DNA of 64,000 nucleotides from Methanobacteriota archaeon (GCA_014239955.1 JAAZXW010000012.1:9617-73616), one strand, 5' to 3'; positions 8,587-17,963 are shown, numbered from the stretch's first letter. Numbers and translations are program-made. Notes: a model not told the origin generated them from the sequence alone.

Positions 8587-10794
8587 GTGCCTTCGGAATT
8601 GCAAAGCCCGGTGGCAAACCAAATGACAATGGCAGCACATGACGCCTCCGCCAGATGGAGGACCTTCCTCGAGGAGGCCAAGGAAACAGAGGTTATGACC
8701 CTGCTTTCCAGACAGTCCAATTTCCCGTTCCTCTCGATTCCCTTCCACGAACTGCAGACTTTCGATCCAGACTTCGCAGAGGACGTACTGCAGTATCCGA
8801 AGCAGATTCTCTCTGCTGGTTCCAAGACTCTGATGGAGATTTGTCGAGAAAGAGGGGAAGAAATAGACGCATTGCTTCGAGTCGGGGAACTCCCGGGGGA
8901 TACTCGCAAGCCTTTACGAGATATCGGAAGCTCAGACATAGACAAACTGCGCAGCGTGGACGTAATCGTTACGAAGATATCAGAGATAAAGCCAAGAATT
9001 CACAGGGCGGTTTTCAAGTGTGAGTCATGTGGCCACGATGTAGAAATCGACCAGCAAAACGAGAGGGAGCTAAAGGAACCACTCAGCTGCCCCCAGTCCA
9101 TGGGGGGTTGCGGGAGCTCCAAACCACAAACCAGGTTCGATTTGGTACTTCTAAGCTCTAGAATGGTTAACAACCAATGGATTGAGATTCAGGAGCAACC
9201 CGAATACGTCCCCAGCGGCGCCCAGCCAAGGAGGGGCATGGTTCTGATAGAGGGTGACCAAGTCAACAAGCACCTCCCCGGCGAGAGGATAACAGCGAAC
9301 GTTATCCCTGTAGTCCGTAGCGAGATTAGGAACCGAAAGAAGACCCCAATGTTCGACGTGATCTTCCATTTGATCAGCTCAGAGCATGAGAGTACTCCGT
9401 TCACTGAGATTTCGATCGATGAGGAAGATAGTGATAGGATTCTAGAGGTATCAAAAAGAGACGACCTGATGGCTCTCATTCAGCGATCGATAGCTCCCTC
9501 CATTTTTGCAACGGGTATTCTAGGACACGTGAAGCGTTCACTCGCTCTGCAACTCTTCGGAGGGGTGTCTCGAAGGTTGAATGACAAGACTAGGTCCAGA
9601 GGGGACATTCACATCCTCCTAATGGGTGATCCAGGAGTTGCCAAGTCCCAACTACTCACATTCATTTCTGCCTTATCTCCAAGAGGGAGGTTTGCCACAG
9701 GCGGGGGTGTCTCTGGAGCAGGGCTAACCGCTGCTGCGGTACGAGATGCCTTCGGAGACGGCAGGTTCGCTCTCGAGGCGGGGGTACTCCCTCTTTCTGA
9801 CAGGGGTCTGGCTGCAATTGACGAGTTCGACAAGATCTCCACTGAAGATAGGAGGATGATGCACCCTGCCATGGAACAACAGAAGGTCCATGTTGCAAAG
9901 GGCGGAATTACCGCAACGCTCCATTCCAGATGCGCTATTCTTGCTGCTGCAAACCCAAAGGACGGGCGATTCAGCAAAAGAGGACCGAACCAGAGTGTCA
10001 TGCGGTCATTCCAGGAGACAGGTCTACCACCACCTCTCGCCTCCAGATTCGACATAATATGGATGATCAGGGACGAGGTGATTCTACATGACGATGAGAA
10101 GATAGCCAGACATATCCTCGACAACAGGACTTCTGGGAAGAGCGAGTCCATAATGGAGAACTCAATTGAGTTGGGCCCAACTGACCTCGAAGAAGAGTCG
10201 TTCATGGTCACCTCGGATAACGGGGAAGAGCACCTCACCCAGAATTTCCTAAGGAAGTACATCGCTTTCGCAAAGAGAACCATCCATCCACAATTGGATG
10301 AAGAGTCTAAGAGTGTCATTCTCAAGTACTACACCGAGGAGAGGCAATCTTTCGGAAGGGAAGACCAAAGTGCCTCACAATACGAGTCTGATCAGGGCAA
10401 GGATACGGTCATCCCCATCACTGCCAGAGCTTTGGAGGCGCTCATCCGTCTCACGGAGGCCCATGCTCGGATGCACCTCCAGGAAGTCGCCACAGTCAAA
10501 AACGCCAACGTTGCACTGGCAGTTTTCAGGCATTGGCGAGAGGAGTCTGGAATCGAAGACGAATCAGAGCTCCATTCGGGAGTTTCCGTAAGGGCCCGTT
10601 CAAACAATTCGGCGATAATGAACATAGTCAGGGATCTTTGTTCCGAAAAGGGGGAGGCGTCTTTGGTCGAAATATACAATCTCGCACTTCCGAGAAAGAT
10701 ATCTGAGGACGAGGTCAACCGAGTCGTTAGCAAGATGCTCCAAAATGGAGAGTTGTTCGAATCATCGACCGATAAATATCGATTCGCCCGCTGA
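8587..10794 (+). CDS. mcm: MCM replicative helicase
   Basis: Zn finger CESCGH...CPQSMGGC, Walker A MGDPGVAKSQLL, Walker B AAIDEFDKI, arginine-finger region SRFDIIW. GTG at 8587; alternative ATG starts at 8623 and 8629. No intein-sized insertion. Confidence 0.95.
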   Translation: MPSELQSPVANQMTMAAHDASARWRTFLEEAKETEVMTLLSRQSNFPFLSIPFHELQTFDPDFAEDVLQYPKQILSAGSKTLMEICRERGEEIDALLRVGELPGDTRKPLRDIGSSDIDKLRSVDVIVTKISEIKPRIHRAVFKCESCGHDVEIDQQNERELKEPLSCPQSMGGCGSSKPQTRFDLVLLSSRMVNNQWIEIQEQPEYVPSGAQPRRGMVLIEGDQVNKHLPGERITANVIPVVRSEIRNRKKTPMFDVIFHLISSEHESTPFTEISIDEEDSDRILEVSKRDDLMALIQRSIAPSIFATGILGHVKRSLALQLFGGVSRRLNDKTRSRGDIHILLMGDPGVAKSQLLTFISALSPRGRFATGGGVSGAGLTAAAVRDAFGDGRFALEAGVLPLSDRGLAAIDEFDKISTEDRRMMHPAMEQQKVHVAKGGITATLHSRCAILAAANPKDGRFSKRGPNQSVMRSFQETGLPPPLASRFDIIWMIRDEVILHDDEKIARHILDNRTSGKSESIMENSIELGPTDLEEESFMVTSDNGEEHLTQNFLRKYIAFAKRTIHPQLDEESKSVILKYYTEERQSFGREDQSASQYESDQGKDTVIPITARALEALIRLTEAHARMHLQEVATVKNANVALAVFRHWREESGIEDESELHSGVSVRARSNNSAIMNIVRDLCSEKGEASLVEIYNLALPRKISEDEVNRVVSKMLQNGELFESSTDKYRFAR

Positions 10795-10823
10795 CCCTAT
10801 GAGCCCGAACCCCTTCCTAGGTA

Positions 10824-12860
10824 ATGCAAATGGAGCCAATCGGAGACATCACCAACCCCGAGGCACTTGACCCAGTCTCTCTGGGATTCATGTGCGGTCT
10901 CGAGATTCATCAGCAATTGGCCACTGCAAAACTCCACTCCAGAATGCCAAGCAAGCTCTATGAGTACAAGTCGGAGGACATTCCTTCCGACTGGCCCAGA
11001 TCAACTAGGAGACTGAGAGCTTCACAGGGAGAGGGTGGGAAGACAGATGTGGCAGCCAGGTTCGAGCAGAGAAGGAATCGAACCTTCGAGTATGTCCAAC
11101 CTCCGAATGCTGGACTAATTGAGTTAGACGAATCCCCTCCCAGAGGCCACGAACCAGAAGCTGTTGACGTAGTCCTAACCATGGCAGCACTAATGGACGC
11201 AAAGCCCATCCCAAATCTTCAAGCAATGCGGAAGACAGTTGTGGATGGTTCCAATACCAGCGGCTTCCAGAGGACAACGATAGTAGCGACTGGTGGGAAG
11301 ATTGAGGCCGACTCTAGCCAAGTGGGGATAGACATAATTTCTCTCGAGGAGGACTCGGCTAGGAAGCTGGAGACAAAGAGAAGCGAATTGGGAGAGACAG
11401 TCGTCTACAACCTAGACAGGCTGGGGGTGCCCCTCGTGGAAGTCGCAACCGCCCCCGATGTTCGTTCACCAGAACACGCAAAGGACACTGCATTGGCTCT
11501 TGGCAGATTGCTTAGGGACACTCGCAGAGTCAGAAGGGGGCTTGGATCCATCAGGCAGGATCTCAATGTCAGCGTTGCATGTGGTGACAGAGTCGAGATC
11601 AAGGGATGCCAGGATCTGGATTGGATCCCTCGAATAATCCGCCTTGAAATGGCCCGTCAACTGCACTTCTATCGCCTAGCCAATGAACTTCGCAGCGCAG
11701 CATCTCTCCCACTACTCCCCCCAGACAGAGAAATGGACTCCAAGCCTGTCGAGAACCGTGTACATCTTGCCACATCGAACAGGATACAATTGGATATCCA
11801 CGAACTCACCGAGATATTCTCAGAATGCGAATCAGAGATGGTTTTGTCGTCGTTAGCGACAGGGTCTTCCGTTCTCGGCGTCCCCCTGCCGGGATTCTCA
11901 GGCCTTCTGGGCAAGAAGACAACCGATGAAAACGAGACTCAACTTCCAAGATTAGGCAGAGAACTGGCGAGTGCCGCCAAACTGGCTGGTGTGGCTGGAA
12001 TTTTCCACTCCGACGAACTCCCTGCGTACGGGATTTCAGCATCCGAAGTCGACTCTGTCAGAAGCGCGTTATCGCTTTCCGAACAGGATGCCTTCGTGCT
12101 GTGCGTCGCCCCTGGTTGGCAGGGAGAATTGGCACTGGAGTCCGTGGTTTATAGAGCTAGGATTGCTTTCAACAGAATTCCCCAGGAGGTCAGAAACGTA
12201 GTCATTCGGAAGGGTAAACCGGAGGATGGGACCACCACGGCATTGCGCCCCCTACCAGGAGGGGCTAGGATGTACCCAGAGACTGACATTCCAGTCTTGG
12301 AAATCACCCCCGATAGGTGGAGTTCGATATGTGAAAACCTTCCATTGACAGCCCATGAGAGGAAGGAGCGACTCAACGTTCTAGAACTATCCACAAATCA
12401 AGTGGAGGCGCTTCTGAACGGTGAGATCGATGATCTCCTCTTCCAGGGTATCGAAGGTCCTCTCGAGCTCCCTCCGAAAGCCTGGGCCAGTGCTCTATTG
12501 GAGACTGGAACCGACAAGCCAAACGCCTTGGCAGCTTCAGTGCACCTGCGTGAACAGGGTATGTTGACCAGGGAAGGCGCTGAGACTCTGCTGATGGAAT
12601 CGGCTGAGGCTCCCCTCGATGAGCTGGTGTCATGGATGTCTTCCGAATCTGAGTCTCGAGGCTTCGTCCCTGCTGACACATCTTCGATAGAGGAAGCGGT
12701 GGATACAGTTCTCAGCGAAAGAGCCGATTTCATCGAAGAGCGGGGGATGGGTGCAGTGGGACCTCTGATGGGGATGGTAATGCAGAAACTTGGTGGTTCG
12801 GCTGATGGGAAGGCGGTGAGCCAGATTCTGAGAGATAGAATCAATGAGAAGATTGGGTGA
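10824..12860 (+). CDS. gatE: Glutamyl-tRNA(Gln) amidotransferase subunit E
   Basis: N-terminal CGLEIHQQL, GatB/E core (RQDLNVS, EIKGCQDL), an archaeal-type insertion and a C-terminal YqeY-like tail. The 678-aa length fits GatE. No gatD is adjacent. Confidence 0.9.
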   Translation: MQMEPIGDITNPEALDPVSLGFMCGLEIHQQLATAKLHSRMPSKLYEYKSEDIPSDWPRSTRRLRASQGEGGKTDVAARFEQRRNRTFEYVQPPNAGLIELDESPPRGHEPEAVDVVLTMAALMDAKPIPNLQAMRKTVVDGSNTSGFQRTTIVATGGKIEADSSQVGIDIISLEEDSARKLETKRSELGETVVYNLDRLGVPLVEVATAPDVRSPEHAKDTALALGRLLRDTRRVRRGLGSIRQDLNVSVACGDRVEIKGCQDLDWIPRIIRLEMARQLHFYRLANELRSAASLPLLPPDREMDSKPVENRVHLATSNRIQLDIHELTEIFSECESEMVLSSLATGSSVLGVPLPGFSGLLGKKTTDENETQLPRLGRELASAAKLAGVAGIFHSDELPAYGISASEVDSVRSALSLSEQDAFVLCVAPGWQGELALESVVYRARIAFNRIPQEVRNVVIRKGKPEDGTTTALRPLPGGARMYPETDIPVLEITPDRWSSICENLPLTAHERKERLNVLELSTNQVEALLNGEIDDLLFQGIEGPLELPPKAWASALLETGTDKPNALAASVHLREQGMLTREGAETLLMESAEAPLDELVSWMSSESESRGFVPADTSSIEEAVDTVLSERADFIEERGMGAVGPLMGMVMQKLGGSADGKAVSQILRDRINEKIG

Positions 12861-12908
12861 TGTGGGAGGAAGTACCTTGATAGACCAATTTTACTACCAT
12901 TAAAATCC

Positions 12909-13463
12909 ATGTCAGATATCCTGAAACCAGCATCGGTTGTGGCATTGCTTACATTAGTAATTCTTGCTCCATCGATTCAGGATATGCTGACAAACGAGGC
13001 ATACAAATACGTCGATGATAACGAGTCTGCTCATGACGGCCTCCCGGTGGAATGGGAGAATAAGCAAGTGATCTGCGTGTTCTTTCCAGCGGACTCCCCT
13101 CAAGGGGAGGAGTTTTCAAATGGGATCACCATGATTGATGCTGAAGGAGTTGAGTTGGGGGTGAATCAGGATCTCAATGGGACAGGGGCCTGCGTAGGTG
13201 GCTTTGAGGGATACTCAAATGGCTTGGATTTCATGATGGACTCAACGAGATCAGCGAGAGGCACACTGTCCGTTGGTTACGATGTCGGACAATGGGGCCA
13301 TTACGTCCATACCATAGGCGGACTGAACGCAGATGCCGTGAAAGGAGACTTCGATGGGGCATATTGGAACCTAGAACACAACGGTGGCGTGTCGATGGTG
13401 GGTATTGGGGATTTGGTAATGTCAGAGGGAGATGTCATCTCATGGAGCATCGAGACTTGGTAG
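12909..13463 (+). CDS. Secreted DUF4430-like (transcobalamin-like beta-grasp) protein
   Basis: N-terminal signal/anchor (ASVVALLTLVILAP). The C-terminus HYVHTIGGLNA...GAYWNLEHNGGVSMVGIGDLVMSEGDVISW matches the DUF4430 pattern (YW..VNG....G......GD.I.W). Confidence 0.55.
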   Translation: MSDILKPASVVALLTLVILAPSIQDMLTNEAYKYVDDNESAHDGLPVEWENKQVICVFFPADSPQGEEFSNGITMIDAEGVELGVNQDLNGTGACVGGFEGYSNGLDFMMDSTRSARGTLSVGYDVGQWGHYVHTIGGLNADAVKGDFDGAYWNLEHNGGVSMVGIGDLVMSEGDVISWSIETW

Positions 13464-13515
13464 ACATTCGCAACCATGAAGTGATGAGAGACAGGCAGAG
13501 GGTCGGGGCGAATCA

Positions 13516-14169
13516 ATGTACGACTTCCATAATGCTGCTCTTTCCCCTAACCAGTCACTTTTCCTCAATGTTGCAATCCTGTCGATAATCGTTCTATCGT
13601 TGATTAGGAGCGAGCGCTCATTGAGGGATCAGAGTCAGTGGGGGATGCTCATTCTGCTCGCAGTCTTCGGGGTCTCTGGTAGAATTCTCCTGGACCCAAT
13701 TCCAAATGTTCAACCGGTAACGGTACTGGTTCTTTTGGCAGGGGCCTATTACGGGGCACCTCGTGCTCTCGCCCTCGCTGCAACCATTGCATTGGCATCA
13801 AACATCATTTTCATGGGACACGGTCCTTGGACTCTGTTCCAGGCAATCGGGTGGGGCGCAATCGGCCTCGTTGGAGCAAACCTGTCGAATCACATTGTCG
13901 TGGGCGGGAGAATCAGAATCGGCCTGCTAGCCATAATTGCAGCTGCATCTGGATTGGCTTTCAACTGGTTTGTTTCACTAAGCATCCTGTTCGAAGCCGA
14001 CTCCTCCATGTTGGTCCCCTACTTGTTGAATGGTCTGGTTTTCGACTTGTATCACGCAGCGGGGAACGTAGTGTTCGTAGCATGGATGGCATCTCCGCTA
14101 GGAGAAATGATGGCCAGACATCGATCTTCCCCAGCATTCGAATTGGTGAGAGAAGGTGCCCCCAACTGA
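13516..14169 (+). CDS. Integral membrane protein resembling an ECF-transporter S component
   Basis: About 6 TM helices. The GRILLDPIPNVQPVTVLVLLAGAYYG and GPWTLFQAIGWGAIGLVG patterns recall S-component families that co-occur with DUF4430. Confidence 0.45.
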   Translation: MYDFHNAALSPNQSLFLNVAILSIIVLSLIRSERSLRDQSQWGMLILLAVFGVSGRILLDPIPNVQPVTVLVLLAGAYYGAPRALALAATIALASNIIFMGHGPWTLFQAIGWGAIGLVGANLSNHIVVGGRIRIGLLAIIAAASGLAFNWFVSLSILFEADSSMLVPYLLNGLVFDLYHAAGNVVFVAWMASPLGEMMARHRSSPAFELVREGAPN

Positions 14170-14179
14170 AGAACTTACT

Positions 14180-14524
14180 ATGGTCCTAGTGACTAGGCAG
14201 GACTTGCAACTATCGAAGGGGAAACTAGCCGCACAATGTGCTCATGCCTCGGCAGAGTGCGTGCTTTCGGCAAAGAGAAGCAACCCTAGGTCACTTGACC
14301 AGTATCTCAGGAGGGGCGCTAGGAAAATTGTCTGCAAGGTCCCGGACCTAGTCTCACTGAAGCAGGTTCACTCCAGAGCGAAGAAGGCAGGGCTGGTATG
14401 CCACTTGGTTACCGACGCCGGCCATACCGAGATCCCCCCCGGAACCGAGACAGTGGTCGGAATCGGACCGGGTCCCAGAGAGCAAATCGACAAGATCACC
14501 GGACAACTATCACTGGTTAGCTAA
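14180..14524 (+). CDS. pth2: Peptidyl-tRNA hydrolase, archaeal type (Pth2)
   Basis: MVLVTRQDLQLSKGKLAAQCAHAS and DAGHTEIPPGTETVVGIGP are Pth2 hallmarks. The ORF opens at 14156, but ATG at 14180 avoids overlap with the upstream gene. Confidence 0.9.
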   Translation: MVLVTRQDLQLSKGKLAAQCAHASAECVLSAKRSNPRSLDQYLRRGARKIVCKVPDLVSLKQVHSRAKKAGLVCHLVTDAGHTEIPPGTETVVGIGPGPREQIDKITGQLSLVS

Positions 14525-14599
14525 CCCGGGGATTCTCGATAGTCAGACAACGGCGTGCTTTGACATAAGAGTCTTGAGCCAAACCCGCATGCGAGGGAT

Positions 14600-15124
14600 G
14601 TGGTGACCCAGACTCCCTTGACAGAAGAGGTTCGCTCCACCCTTCTATCCCAGTGCGATGGTCTCCGGGACCTAACCAGTTGGCTCGACGGCTTAGATAG
14701 GCGGCCGGGTCTAGACGAACTTGATTCGAGGCTCTCGTCTCTGGAGCTTAATGTCGGAGCACTGGAGGATTGCATCGGCTACTCCGAGGATGGATATCAG
14801 AGGAACGTGATCAAGAAGACCGAGCACTACGAGCTAGTAGCCATTTGCTGGACGCCGGGACAGAACACCCCAATCCACGATCACGTGGGGAGCGACTGTG
14901 CATTCTTGATCGCTTCTGGCGTAACCACTGAGACGATTTACGAGACCAATCAGGAAGGTCTTGCTTTCCCCGTATCGGACAGAAGGTACCTGCCAGGGGA
15001 GGTTTGTGCTGCTGCTGAGCCAGACATCCACAGAGTATCAAACGAGGAGAGCACCAACCTGATCAATCTGCACGTCTACACGCCTCCACTAAGCGGGTTC
15101 CAGATTTACGCACCAGTCGAGTAA
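14600..15124 (+). CDS. Cysteine dioxygenase type I-like cupin (thiol dioxygenase family)
   Basis: WTPGQNTPIHDHVGSDCAFLIASG resembles the CDO/3-mercaptopropionate dioxygenase metal-binding cupin motif. GTG start. The stop abuts the stop of the convergent gene with no spacer. Confidence 0.6.
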   Translation: MVTQTPLTEEVRSTLLSQCDGLRDLTSWLDGLDRRPGLDELDSRLSSLELNVGALEDCIGYSEDGYQRNVIKKTEHYELVAICWTPGQNTPIHDHVGSDCAFLIASGVTTETIYETNQEGLAFPVSDRRYLPGEVCAAAEPDIHRVSNEESTNLINLHVYTPPLSGFQIYAPVE

Positions 15125-16663
15125 TCAGCGTCCTCTTTCGTGCATCAGCTGCGTTGCCTGTTGCACCCACATCATCTTGGTGACCCTGCCCGGTGTGAAC
15201 TCCATCGCGTCATTGACGACTTCTGCAGTGACCGGGTCCATCTTGGAGATCTGATCGTAGGTGTGTATTCCCAAAACGTTCAATTTCTTCTGGGCGAATT
15301 CGTCAAGACCTTGGATCCTGGACAGATCATCCGGCCTCTGGCCCTCCGCCTCTCCTATCTGGGCCCAGTTAACCTGAACCGCCTTTAGGCCGACTCTTTC
15401 CAAGATCAAATCTTCCCTGTCCATGAGATTAGCCTTAAGGCTCAATTCAGCATGAGCAGCATCCCTCTCTGCCTTCATGGCTGCTGTCTCCACACCGACA
15501 AGAGCCTGCTCCTTGCCCTTCATTTCGCTCTGAAGCTTAACTATCTCCTGATGGACCTCTTCAGCCTTCTTAGCCGTCTCAGACTTGAACTTGTGACTGT
15601 CTTCTATCTCTTGCTGGACCTTCAGCTTCTGCTCTTCCGCCCTCTTCGCCTCCTCTTCGACTACGGCTATTTCCTTCACCTTGGCCTTCACTTCCTTCTC
15701 TAGGACCTTGGCCGCAGCCATCTCGGTCTTCATCTGATCCTTGACATCCTTGAGGGCACCCTTTGCCTCCACTGCATCTGCTTTGGAGGTTTCCAGGGCT
15801 TCCTGCTTCTTCGCCATAGTGGATTCCATCTTCGCCTCGGCCTGCTCACGCTTGGCCCTGAATGCCTCTAACTGCTCTTCCGCCTTCGACTTCGCTTTGC
15901 CCGATGCCTTGATCTGCTTCTCGGCGACCTTTCTCTCCATCTCCGCCTTCATCAGCTCTGCCTCTGCCTTTGCGGCGGCCTTGCCTTCCTTGGCGACCTC
16001 GGACCCTAGCTTCTTCGCCTCGGTCATTGCATCCTTCGCCTCTTTCCCAAACTCCTTGGCAGCAGCAGACTCAGTCTTCACCTTCTCCTTCAGTTCGGCT
16101 TCTTTGGCCTTGAGCTCTTCCGGGGATAGCTTCGAAGACTTCTGTAGATCATCGAGAGCCTTCTTCGCGGCTTCTGCCTGCTTCTCAGCAGCGATCCTTC
16201 CAGCCTCAGCCCTCTTCGCCTCCACCTCAGCCTTTGCTACCGCCTTCGCCTCTTTCGCCGCGGCCTTGGCATCCCCAAGTTGCGCCTTCTTTGCTGCCTT
16301 CAACTCGGCCTGAGCAGCAGATGCATCGGCCTTCGCCTTCGCCTCTGCAGCCTTCGCTTCCTTCGGATCCGCTGGAGCCTTCTTTGTCTTCGCCTTCTTC
16401 TTCACTGGCTCCGGTGCAGCCTCTGGCTCCGGTGCAGCCTCTGGCTCCGGTGCAGCCTCTGGCTCCGGTGCAGTGGCCTTCTTAGTGACCTTCCCATACT
16501 TCTTCTGTAGCCCCTTGACCATGGTTCCGTAGTTACCCTCGAACTTCTTCAGCAGCTTCGGGATGTTCGTGATTTGCTTAGAACGCTCTGGTTCTTCCAA
16601 GAACTGTTTGTATGTTGCTTGCGCCAGCTTCGCTGCCTGTTCCGCCGTCGGTCCACTCGCCAC
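15125..16663 (-). CDS. Lys/Ala/Glu-rich coiled-coil protein with (APEPEA)n repeat and a C-terminal HhH/H3TH-like module; paralog of 6229-7968
   Basis: About 330 aa of heptad-like K/A/E sequence. The C-terminus is WAQIGEAEGQRPDDLSRIQGLDEFAQKKLNVLGIHTYDQISKMD...KMMWVQQA. Nucleotide similarity to 6238-6465 is visible (cccacatcatctt, tccatcttngagatctgatcg, cctatctgggccca). GTG start. Confidence 0.6.
   Translation of the reverse strand: MASGPTAEQAAKLAQATYKQFLEEPERSKQITNIPKLLKKFEGNYGTMVKGLQKKYGKVTKKATAPEPEAAPEPEAAPEPEAAPEPVKKKAKTKKAPADPKEAKAAEAKAKADASAAQAELKAAKKAQLGDAKAAAKEAKAVAKAEVEAKRAEAGRIAAEKQAEAAKKALDDLQKSSKLSPEELKAKEAELKEKVKTESAAAKEFGKEAKDAMTEAKKLGSEVAKEGKAAAKAEAELMKAEMERKVAEKQIKASGKAKSKAEEQLEAFRAKREQAEAKMESTMAKKQEALETSKADAVEAKGALKDVKDQMKTEMAAAKVLEKEVKAKVKEIAVVEEEAKRAEEQKLKVQQEIEDSHKFKSETAKKAEEVHQEIVKLQSEMKGKEQALVGVETAAMKAERDAAHAELSLKANLMDREDLILERVGLKAVQVNWAQIGEAEGQRPDDLSRIQGLDEFAQKKLNVLGIHTYDQISKMDPVTAEVVNDAMEFTPGRVTKMMWVQQATQLMHERGR
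16407..16474. repeat. 18-bp tandem repeat, about 3.8 copies (ggctccggtgcagcctct), encoding in frame the APEPEA repeat of the minus-strand protein
   Basis: Three exact consecutive 18-mers at 16407, 16425 and 16443, plus a partial fourth. Confidence 0.9.
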
Positions 16664-16703
16664 GTCTCTGGAGACAATCCATCACTTAAGGATTTGACCG
16701 GAT

Positions 16704-17963
16704 TCAACTTCTGACTACGAGACTGTACTCATCAAGGACTTCACCAAAAAGTTGGATATCCGAATCGAACGTCTCTGGAAGCAAAGGTCCGAAGGAAAAG
16801 CGGAAGAAGCGAGCATATGGTGTCACATACCCAGGGTCCTTTGAATGCGGTCGGGCCATATCGCATTCGGACGCGCAAAGTATCGCCGCACCTCGTTTGA
16901 AGAGTCTTCTGTTGAGTTCGTCGCTCGTCATTCCTTCAGGGAGCTCTAGCCAGTGGTAGAACCCACCGTCTCCAGTGTATACCCCCAGGCCCATGTCTTC
17001 GAATGCCCTTCTGTACCTTTCTCGTTGCCATTTGTAATGCTCTTCCACCGCCTTTCTGGCCTGCTTCACTCGTCCTGGCTCGAGAAGCTTGACGGCATAG
17101 AGTTGCGAAGGGTGACTCACCCCTCCCATTCCGAAGCTGGAGTAGTTGGCCAGAGTCCCTATGTTCTTCTTGCTGGCGATGACCCACCCAACGCGAATGC
17201 CAGGGGATTGAAGGCCCTTTGTACAGGCTCCAGCGATGAATACGTTGCTGCTATCCAGATCCCGCACGAATTGGATGCCACTTACTGAAGGAGAATGGAA
17301 CATCTCGTACGCCTCATCAAGCAGAATTCCGTTTTTTGGCTGCTCTGCCATCTGGATCAGATCCTTGAGCTCATCCCCCCAACGCGTCTGTCCAGATGGG
17401 TTCTGTGGATTGGATATGATGGGCATTAGACGAGTCTTGGCGTCGAGGCCTGAACGGTCGAAGTACTCGTCGTTACTGGGATGGAAGTTGTTCTCCTTGG
17501 TGAAAGGCACGACCTGAAAGTTGGTATCCGTCTGCTCCATGATATCCAGATAAGCCGGCCACTCTATGTTCCCGATCCTCGCCTGAACGTTCTCCTTCAG
17601 GAATGCCAGCACCGAGTAGATCCCAGGCCTGCCCCCAGCGAACACCATGACGTTCTCAGGGGCAATCCCGGAACCGTATTGGGAGTTGTAGTACCCTGCA
17701 ATCGCATCGCGCAACTCCGGATGCCCCCATGCCTTGGGGTAGAAGCGGTCCTCCCACGTCACATCGATGCTATCGGGTAACGGAGGGCCGTCGAAATCCT
17801 CCAGAGGCGTCGTCAGGGGGAATCCCTGTGACCACGGATGAGTGCCCTCGGTGCCCATGAAGCTCCCGAACGAGTCCCTGAAAGCGTACAATGTCTCGTA
17901 GATCCCCATGGGCGGGCAGTTGTCAGATAGGAAGGACTCCACATCCCCCTCATGCTCTGCCAT
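16704..17963 (-). CDS. PLP-dependent aminotransferase, class I/II
   Basis: The typical fold-type I pattern is present: PENVMVFAGGRPG, ISNPQNPSG, ILLDEAYE, and a candidate Lys region CTKGLQSPGIRVGW. Confidence 0.8.
   Translation of the reverse strand: MAEHEGDVESFLSDNCPPMGIYETLYAFRDSFGSFMGTEGTHPWSQGFPLTTPLEDFDGPPLPDSIDVTWEDRFYPKAWGHPELRDAIAGYYNSQYGSGIAPENVMVFAGGRPGIYSVLAFLKENVQARIGNIEWPAYLDIMEQTDTNFQVVPFTKENNFHPSNDEYFDRSGLDAKTRLMPIISNPQNPSGQTRWGDELKDLIQMAEQPKNGILLDEAYEMFHSPSVSGIQFVRDLDSSNVFIAGACTKGLQSPGIRVGWVIASKKNIGTLANYSSFGMGGVSHPSQLYAVKLLEPGRVKQARKAVEEHYKWQRERYRRAFEDMGLGVYTGDGGFYHWLELPEGMTSDELNRRLFKRGAAILCASECDMARPHSKDPGYVTPYARFFRFSFGPLLPETFDSDIQLFGEVLDEYSLVVRS

Noticed and set aside
8439-8945. 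168-aa minus-strand ORF spanning the mcm upstream region and 5' end
   Set aside because: It overlaps the mcm coding sequence in antisense. Its composition is Ser/Arg/Cys-rich and unlike the other proteins here.
9609-10325. 238-aa minus-strand ORF
   Set aside because: It lies entirely inside the unambiguous mcm gene and has no recognisable motifs.
8587-10794. Possible intein in MCM
   Set aside because: The 735-aa length is only slightly above intein-free archaeal MCMs. The Walker A to Walker B to arginine-finger spacing is uninterrupted, and no Cys/Ser...HN splice-junction block is present.
15741-16313. 190-aa Ala/Ser/Phe-rich plus-strand ORF, and the smaller ORFs at 16234-16510
   Set aside because: It is the same antisense shadow effect, over the coiled-coil gene 15125-16663.
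16407-16474. Short tandem repeat as a CRISPR-like or regulatory array
   Set aside because: The units are contiguous with no spacers. They are 18 bp, a multiple of three, and lie in frame within a coding sequence, where they encode APEPEA.
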